From the NCBI GenBank assembly GCA_037142195.1, contig JBAXBA010000087.1:1-14143 (forward strand): DNA of 14,143 nt, written 5' to 3'. Each line of letters opens with the position of its first letter. The first letter of the stretch is position 1. This document shows, piece by piece, positions 7,948 through 14,143 of this stretch. Source of the stretch: Pseudomonadota bacterium (GTDB lineage: Bacteria; Bdellovibrionota_B; Oligoflexia; Oligoflexales; CAIMVM01). Position numbers and translations under genes: made by a program. Below the pieces are notes generated by a model. The model worked only from the letters and a program-made list of their open reading frames with translations, made no database searches and was not told where the DNA came from.

Positions 7948-8550
7948 TAGTAGATAGAAAAAAGCCTGGTCTGGAAATCAATTTTGGCTCGTTATCTGAT
8001 TGGCTAATTTAACTTGATAGGTTGAAGGCTGCAACTCATAAAGTTGGATAGTTTCTTGGACGGAACGGTCTAAAAACCCATCCGCTCACGCGCCTCTGGT
8101 GGTTTGATGTGTTTTCAAGCTAGATCCGGCATGATGGGGCAGGTTGAGGGCAAATTTTGGGGTGCACGTGAAATTCTTTTCTTCTAATGAATTTCACTTC
8201 AGACCACCTAAAAATTGTGATTCATGTAGAACACTCGTCTTATGGGAAAGAGCGGACTAAGCTCACAAGAATGCCGTCTATCGATAGCCATCTTTGACGG
8301 GCGATTAGCAAAATAGACTACTAGAATTTACAGAATCCCAAGAAAGAATGAATGGAAAACATAAAATCATTGGAGTCACAATCAATCTCATCTTCATAGG
8401 CAATAAGCATGGATTGATTTGCATCACTAATAGAACCGTCACAAGCCAATAGGTTAGGATTTATGAGATGGCATTCCTACTGCAAGAAATGACAAGAATC
8501 TTAAATGCTTTGACCAACTTTCCATCAGATCCTACTTCCTATTGTCTGAA

Positions 8551-10425
8551 TTAGGCTGCTAAGCGATCCTTTTTTACAATTGGCAATCGCACTACGAACT
8601 CTGTATGGCTAGCTTCCCTGTTTAAGACTAATTCACCTTGGTGATCAGCTGCAATTTTACGGCAAATCGATAGCCCAAGGCCAGTTCCCTTGCCAGCTCC
8701 TTTGGTTGTGTAGAAGGGGACAAATAGCTTATCTGCTACTTGATTTGGGATTTTGGGGCCACCATTTGACACTCGGAAAAGCATATTCTCATCTTGATTT
8801 TCAATGACAAGGTGCACCCAGCTTGCTTTGCGTGCAGTTTCTTCTTCTTTTCCAACCTTGAATTCTTGAATAGCGTCCACAGCATTACTTATGAGATTTA
8901 CCAAAACTTGTCCTATTTCTGTGGCTCTACCCTTGATTCCAAGACCTTCTAGGATATTTACTTTAGCTTCAAATGTAACATTAGAATCAATGAATTTTGT
9001 ATGCAGAAGCATCTCGATATCTTCTAAAATGATATTGATATCGATAGCTTCCATAGGGTCTTTTGACGCGTTTCGACCGAGTGTTTTGATGCCGCGAACG
9101 ATTTTTGAAATTCTAATGGCAGCTTTCTCAATGCGTAATCCTATTTTATGAACTTCTTCACTTGCGATTGGGTTTTTCTCTGAAAGGGCTAGGAGTTGCT
9201 CCGCGTAGGAGCGCACTATAGAAGTGGGATTGTTGATTTCATGGGCTATGGATGAAGTCATTTCTCCCAAAGAGGAAAGGCGGGCTGCCATGACAAGCTC
9301 TTCTTGCTTTTGTGTGATTTCCTTAGTCATCCTTACCGCGATGAGTTGGGCGCGATTCTGGACGAGCCACATACCTACGACGAGACCAGAGACAAGTAGC
9401 GTCAAGGCAGCAATTAGAATTGTAATTAATAATGACTCAAAGTTTGCTTTTTGGGCTATTTCAGATGATTCAAATTCACTTTTTGTTACTGCACTTCTAA
9501 CAACCCACTTATTGTTACCGCCTAAATCAAAGGTCTCAGAATCGCTATATATGATTTCGCCTGAGTCATTGGGACAAACGGCAAGGCCACAAACAATTCC
9601 TTGATTCCAATTTAGGCTTACACTTTGAAAGCCTAGAGATCTTTCGAATACACGTTTACGAATCACGGCACTAATCATGCCAATGGGTGCGCCTTTGCGG
9701 TCGAGGACGGGATGAGAATAAATCATTCCTAGTCTTGCATTGTGATCTTTTTTAGCTACATCAGAAGACGTCAATTCTGAGTTATCGCAAGTTATGAGAA
9801 AGGGAGACATAGAAGGCACCATCATGGAAATTTTAGCATTTATAGATGCTTTTTCTCTAATTTCACTCAATTGTCTCTTCATGAAATCATATTCAAAAGA
9901 CTCTTCTTCCGCGAAATCCTTTGATAAGTCAGATTTTTTTGCGTTTTCAGAACCTATTTGGTTTACTTTCCCATCATCCCACTTATTGGAAATAAAAGTG
10001 TCCCAGGTCGCAATGGGTTCCTTGGGGTGCAATTTGGGGTTCAGGGAATGGGGGTCCATATCGATAGGAACTAGATAGAGTTCACTAACTTGTACATGGT
10101 TAAATAGGATATTATAGAACTCCTGGACAGTCCCCCGAGTTTCAGGCGTTACATTCTTGGTGCGAAGATCGCGAATGGAAGGTAAGACTGATATGGCTTT
10201 TAGGGTGTCATGGGTGATTTCAATTATTTTGCGTGCATTTTGTCTCGCCGAATTAAACTCAGACTTCCGCTCAAGCGTATATTCCACTTCAGCTTTTTTA
10301 AAGATCAAATGCCTGGCTTGAAAGCACAAAATAATGGATAACATGGAAATTGCGATGCAAAAGCCGAATACAAATCGCGGAGACTTAATATGCAACGAGA
10401 ATTTCTTAAGTAGTAAACCGATCAT
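8551..10425 (-). CDS. Membrane-bound sensor histidine kinase (two TM helices, ~290-aa extracytoplasmic Cache-like domain, HisKA, HATPase)
   Basis: H-box SIAHEINNP, N-box QVLVNLISNAVDA, G1 VSNGGPKI, F-box LFVPFYTTK, G2 GKGTGLGL. A GGGGA SD precedes ATG10425. No response regulator lies in the window. Confidence 0.96.
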   Translation of the reverse strand: MIGLLLKKFSLHIKSPRFVFGFCIAISMLSIILCFQARHLIFKKAEVEYTLERKSEFNSARQNARKIIEITHDTLKAISVLPSIRDLRTKNVTPETRGTVQEFYNILFNHVQVSELYLVPIDMDPHSLNPKLHPKEPIATWDTFISNKWDDGKVNQIGSENAKKSDLSKDFAEEESFEYDFMKRQLSEIREKASINAKISMMVPSMSPFLITCDNSELTSSDVAKKDHNARLGMIYSHPVLDRKGAPIGMISAVIRKRVFERSLGFQSVSLNWNQGIVCGLAVCPNDSGEIIYSDSETFDLGGNNKWVVRSAVTKSEFESSEIAQKANFESLLITILIAALTLLVSGLVVGMWLVQNRAQLIAVRMTKEITQKQEELVMAARLSSLGEMTSSIAHEINNPTSIVRSYAEQLLALSEKNPIASEEVHKIGLRIEKAAIRISKIVRGIKTLGRNASKDPMEAIDINIILEDIEMLLHTKFIDSNVTFEAKVNILEGLGIKGRATEIGQVLVNLISNAVDAIQEFKVGKEEETARKASWVHLVIENQDENMLFRVSNGGPKIPNQVADKLFVPFYTTKGAGKGTGLGLSICRKIAADHQGELVLNREASHTEFVVRLPIVKKDRLAA

Positions 10426-10466
10426 GTAAATATCCCCGAATTCACGTCCATCTAACCCTTCAGAAA

Positions 10467-10493
10467 TAATCGGAAAAACGAATTCAAACTTTA
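10467..10493 (-). promoter_or_regulatory. Sigma28 (FliA)-type promoter for the histidine kinase gene
   Basis: The minus strand reads TAAAGTTT-N11(GAATTCGTTTT)-TCCGATTA, against the consensus TAAAGTTT-N11-GCCGATAA (14/16 match, exact spacing). It ends 41 nt before the ATG. Confidence 0.75.
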
Positions 10494-10680
10494 AAAATCA
10501 GCCTTTTTGAGTTTGTAATGCTCTGTATTTGTTAATAGATAGTGAAATGTTACAATTCTTTGGGGCAAACAATTCTCGCGCAGTCCTAGCTGGCTTTCAT
10601 GAGATAAGGTCCTTCTGCTTGGGAGGACTATAGAACCGCAGTATCGCCTTGGATTGTTAGATCAACCTGAGGGCTGTGCT

Positions 10681-11997
10681 TTACGGATCGAGAGTTACTT
10701 CCATTTTTTCAGCGTCGATGTAGAAAATATTGCTTCTTATACTTCGTGGGCATTGCCATTCATCTAGTAGAGTGTCGGTGTGAATTCTCACTTGCTCGTT
10801 ATCGGCTTTAAAAGCCATTCCATAGTTGATCTTCATGCCTGCTTTGACTTTACAGGTCATCATGCCTTCTTGTAGGTCCTGATCTTTTATGGAAAAGCTT
10901 TTCAGTCGACCATCGGCGACTACCTTTGCGGTTTTTGTTAGTACAGGATTTGCTTGGGAAGGAAATCCGGAACCAAAGCCTCGAAACCATTTCTCATCAC
11001 AGAAGGGAGTGCCACTTCTTAATGCTGCATCGGCCTCCGTCTTTACAGCGTTGTCCAAATTAGGGTTGCTGTATTTAATCTTTTCAATGCACAGCAACTT
11101 GGCACGTTGATTCTGAATAAAGAGTTCCACACTTTGGTTTGTATGGAGAAAGGCAATTTCAGGGTACTCGTATTCGAATCCTACGTATACCGTAGGTTGA
11201 GTTCCTTTCACTGCCTTTAAAAGTGCATCGCGCGGAATCGCGGATTGGTGAACTGAGGGCTGGGACCATACTAAGGCCGTGTTTATAGATGTGGAGGAAA
11301 ATATATATAAACTATCAGCTTCCGACTTCCCGGAATCATATGGATTGCGGTCTGCAGCGGGGAGGGCTAGGTTTGGATGATTCCCCCCTCTATAAAGCGT
11401 AAAGGTCGGGGAGTCGCCACGCATGCGATAGAATGTTTGAAGAATTTTTTCCGAGGCACCGCCTTTGCGCGGAATATAGGCACCGTTATTCGGATCCCAT
11501 TCCAGCCACGGCGCATTTACCATCAGATCCTTTAACAAGATGGAATTGGATTTTGCGCGATAATAACCTTCGGGAAAAATATCTTTTGCGAGCAAAACCA
11601 TTCCGCCATTGGGTATCGCCCCATTACCGTGGGAGTAAACCCAGGTCGGCGAAACCTCAGACCTTTTCCAGGCCCAGTCAAAGGGAACGCGAGTGCGGAT
11701 GCTGTTTGCAAAAGCAATGGGGTCATTCTGCGTCAGAGCTTCCATGGCGTAAGGCCCAAACAAAGCGTCAAGATCTACTGGTGTAAATAGTTCCTTGCTT
11801 TTTTGCGCTGCGTTATAAAGGGCAGTAACAAATTTTGCATCGTCCATGTTATTAATAGCATTGATTTCGCTTCGTGCAGGTTCGCCGGTCTGCAAAAGGG
11901 GTGCTAGTGCTTTGCATGAGATCTGCATTAAACTCGAGCAAGCTAAAAGAAATCCCACCCCTAATCGAGATTTGTAGGTTCCGTCCTTTATATGCAT
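10681..11997 (-). CDS. Predicted lipoprotein/exported protein with an ADP-ribosyltransferase-like (R-STS-E) central domain
   Basis: GGGGAG SD. The signal-like N-terminus has candidate lipobox cysteines LLAC20 or ISC28. Motifs TLYRG (R203), FSSTSINTALVW (S235-T236-S237) and FEYEYPEIAF (E275/E277/E280). The CDS is secure; the function is inferred. Confidence 0.6.
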   Translation of the reverse strand: MHIKDGTYKSRLGVGFLLACSSLMQISCKALAPLLQTGEPARSEINAINNMDDAKFVTALYNAAQKSKELFTPVDLDALFGPYAMEALTQNDPIAFANSIRTRVPFDWAWKRSEVSPTWVYSHGNGAIPNGGMVLLAKDIFPEGYYRAKSNSILLKDLMVNAPWLEWDPNNGAYIPRKGGASEKILQTFYRMRGDSPTFTLYRGGNHPNLALPAADRNPYDSGKSEADSLYIFSSTSINTALVWSQPSVHQSAIPRDALLKAVKGTQPTVYVGFEYEYPEIAFLHTNQSVELFIQNQRAKLLCIEKIKYSNPNLDNAVKTEADAALRSGTPFCDEKWFRGFGSGFPSQANPVLTKTAKVVADGRLKSFSIKDQDLQEGMMTCKVKAGMKINYGMAFKADNEQVRIHTDTLLDEWQCPRSIRSNIFYIDAEKMEVTLDP

Positions 11998-12338
11998 AGC
12001 TTTTACTCCCCACGATATCGCAACAGGTTAGTTTGTGCTTTTGTCGATTCAACTTAATTACCGGGATTCTGACTGTAAATAATACTATGAAGAAATCATC
12101 AGGTCAAACGAGCTATCCAAAGATAGACTTCTACCTAGCAAAAAATCTGTCATATGGCCCAAGACAAGGAATATCATTTAGTTCATCATACGTCTGGGCT
12201 GTTTACAAAGCGCCCTTAATTCGATAGGCTTAACTTTCCGATGTTCGGCCAAGTTCCCATTGTGCTTGAATAGATACGTATTAAGGGGTCCCAGTAGGGT
12301 TTTTATCGCTTGTCCTGTAAATAGGGGTCCGCTTTTTC

Positions 12339-14042
12339 ATGGAATCTTCATTTGCCAAACCTATTAAAAACAGACTCATCTTTTTTCTTTTACTGCTTTT
12401 TACAGCGGTTGTTTTGACGTTTTCTGACGATATAGCTATCAATGGAATGAACCTTGGAGAGAAATTTCCTCGACCGCTTATGCAGCATTTTTTGTCTAGT
12501 CTTTGTCTTTCATCGCTAATTTTTATTGCGTACCCCATGCGGGTCTTTTTTGTTTTTCTATATTTTTTTTTAACTTTTTCTTTTTTCCAATGGCTCACTA
12601 TGGCCTATTATGGGACTTTTCTCTCCCCCATGATGATTTACCTTTTTTTCAGAGAGCTAGGGGAGGTCACAGAAACTTTTTTTGGAGTTTGGCCCATTCT
12701 GTTTAAGCCTGCTTTGGTGTTTCTGGTTTCAATGGCCCTGCTTTTTTATGCTAATAGGGTTATCATAAGGAAGAGTATCGGAGAAAGCTTGGGCTTAGAG
12801 TTGTTTCCTAAAAGTAGGAGACTTTTAAGAATCATTATTTTTTTGCTGCTGGCTTTTCCTGCAGTAAGAACCTACGTTACTCATAATACTTACGGCAAAC
12901 AAGCCCGCGTTCAAGATCTTTCTTTTGTGAATTTTCACGCCACATTGAGTTATTTCTTGGGTCGCGTTTTACCTGCTAAAATGACTGCTCAAGCTCAAGC
13001 TTCAGACCATTATTCCTTTGAACTGCCTAAAATTACAGAACATCAACCGCAAAGACAGGTTGTTTTGATAATTGGTGAATCCCTTTCCATGTCTCGTATG
13101 GGGCTTTATAATTCTACAAAGCAGACGACTCCTCAATTAAATTCCTTGCGCGATTCGGGCCAAGTTATAACTCGGATGGGTGTTTCCGGTGGCGTATCAA
13201 CCGACGTAAGTGTGCCCATGTTGATCCATTCTACCTTTGGCTTAGATGCTTCAAAGATCATCTCAGCGCAAAAAAGTTGTCTTTTCCGGCTGGCTCGCCA
13301 AAATGGATTTATCACTGATTTTGTAAGTATTCAGACACCGGAAAATCTTCAACATATCACTAATTTTCTCTGCCCTTCCTATATTGAGCACTTTAAAACA
13401 GGAGAACCCCCTTCCCGAGAGGGAGGGGAGTCTGTCGAATTAGATGAAAAATTGCTTACATCCCTTCAAGAAATGGATTGGAAGAAGCCTCACTTTATTG
13501 TGCTTCAGCAGCGCGGATCGCACTCACCCTATGAAAATAGGTATCCCAGTGAGGGGGCTCAATTCCCGATCACTAATGAAGATCCTAATGAGGTAAAACA
13601 ATCTAAGCATTATGAAAATAGTGTCTACTATACAGATCAGGTGATCTCAAAAGCCGTAGCTCTCATTGAAAAAAGTTCACCCCTTCCAGCAGAAATTATA
13701 TTCACCTCTGACCATGGAGAAGCCTTAGGGGAAAACGGCCAGTGGGGTCACGGCCTATTGGACCCTTATGTAGCTGAAGTCCCTATTCTCTACTTTTCAA
13801 GAAATTTGGCCTTAAGAAAACAATTTGATCAGGCCCCCAAGTGGATAGATCATTATTATGTTACAAATTTTGTTCGACTTCTATTGGGATACCAATCTGA
13901 ATTGCCGTCTACGAATGCTTCATCCTCCCCATCAAGCCGCCCCTCTTTTACGGTGCTCGGCCTCGATCTTGATGGCTTAGACGGCTACATGCAGGTAGTT
14001 CCAAGTGGTGACAAACTCTTGAGAGTAAAGAATTCACCATAA
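12339..14042 (+). CDS. Phosphoethanolamine transferase (EptA/EptC/YbiP family, membrane-anchored sulfatase fold)
   Basis: N-terminal TM helices, VVLIIGES (metal-binding E247), STDVSVP (nucleophile T288), GSHSPY, YENSVYYTD, FTSDHGE and WGHG. Confidence 0.9.
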   Translation: MESSFAKPIKNRLIFFLLLLFTAVVLTFSDDIAINGMNLGEKFPRPLMQHFLSSLCLSSLIFIAYPMRVFFVFLYFFLTFSFFQWLTMAYYGTFLSPMMIYLFFRELGEVTETFFGVWPILFKPALVFLVSMALLFYANRVIIRKSIGESLGLELFPKSRRLLRIIIFLLLAFPAVRTYVTHNTYGKQARVQDLSFVNFHATLSYFLGRVLPAKMTAQAQASDHYSFELPKITEHQPQRQVVLIIGESLSMSRMGLYNSTKQTTPQLNSLRDSGQVITRMGVSGGVSTDVSVPMLIHSTFGLDASKIISAQKSCLFRLARQNGFITDFVSIQTPENLQHITNFLCPSYIEHFKTGEPPSREGGESVELDEKLLTSLQEMDWKKPHFIVLQQRGSHSPYENRYPSEGAQFPITNEDPNEVKQSKHYENSVYYTDQVISKAVALIEKSSPLPAEIIFTSDHGEALGENGQWGHGLLDPYVAEVPILYFSRNLALRKQFDQAPKWIDHYYVTNFVRLLLGYQSELPSTNASSSPSSRPSFTVLGLDLDGLDGYMQVVPSGDKLLRVKNSP

Positions 14043-14143
14043 ACACCTGATTTTTAATCCCTGTACGTGAGTGCTAGTTCAAAGAAATTTTGCCTCGTCA
14101 GCAGAATTTGTGGGTCCATTCAGGAGTTGGTAGTTTTCCAAGC

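Noticed and set aside
7992..8017. FliA-like TCAAG...TCAGATAA upstream of the PLP gene
   Set aside because: The spacer is one base short and the CCGAT core is broken.
8469..8484. TGGCAT-N5-CTGCA sigma54-like site with correct spacing
   Set aside because: Two mismatches, and it points antisense into the kinase 3' end with no downstream gene.
10609..10628. GTCCTTCT-gctt-GGGAGGAC hairpin as terminator of the lipoprotein gene
   Set aside because: It pairs well only on the plus strand (G-U pairs). On the transcribed minus strand it has mismatches and no U-tract.
453..13315. Many 60-126 aa ORFs nested in or antisense to the main genes
   Set aside because: Shadow frames of well-supported CDSs with no independent evidence.
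1..14143. CRISPR array, tRNA, rRNA, integrase or transposase
   Set aside because: No regularly spaced repeats, cloverleaf signatures or recombinase/DDE motifs were seen by eye.

Overview
Bacterial chromosomal window, possibly Bdellovibrionota/Oligoflexia-like (an inference from protein style and a FliA-type promoter, not proven). From left to right: a Sua5/TsaC2 t6A enzyme (+); a convergent, probably decayed ORF chain; an MNT-HEPN (MntA/HepT-type) toxin-antitoxin pair whose MNT carries an unusual ~125-aa N-terminal extra domain; ~1.1 kb of non-coding DNA; a minus-strand lipid-type cluster (HisC/CobD-fold PLP enzyme, GNAT-like/PlsC acyltransferase fusion, di-iron fatty acid hydroxylase/sterol desaturase); an orphan membrane histidine kinase with a near-consensus sigma28 promoter; a predicted lipoprotein with R-STS-E ADP-ribosyltransferase-like motifs; and a divergent EptA/EptC-family phosphoethanolamine transferase. 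The best novelty candidates are the putative aminolipid pathway, the exported ART-like lipoprotein and the domain-fused MNT antitoxin. No rRNA, tRNA, CRISPR array or transposase was seen.
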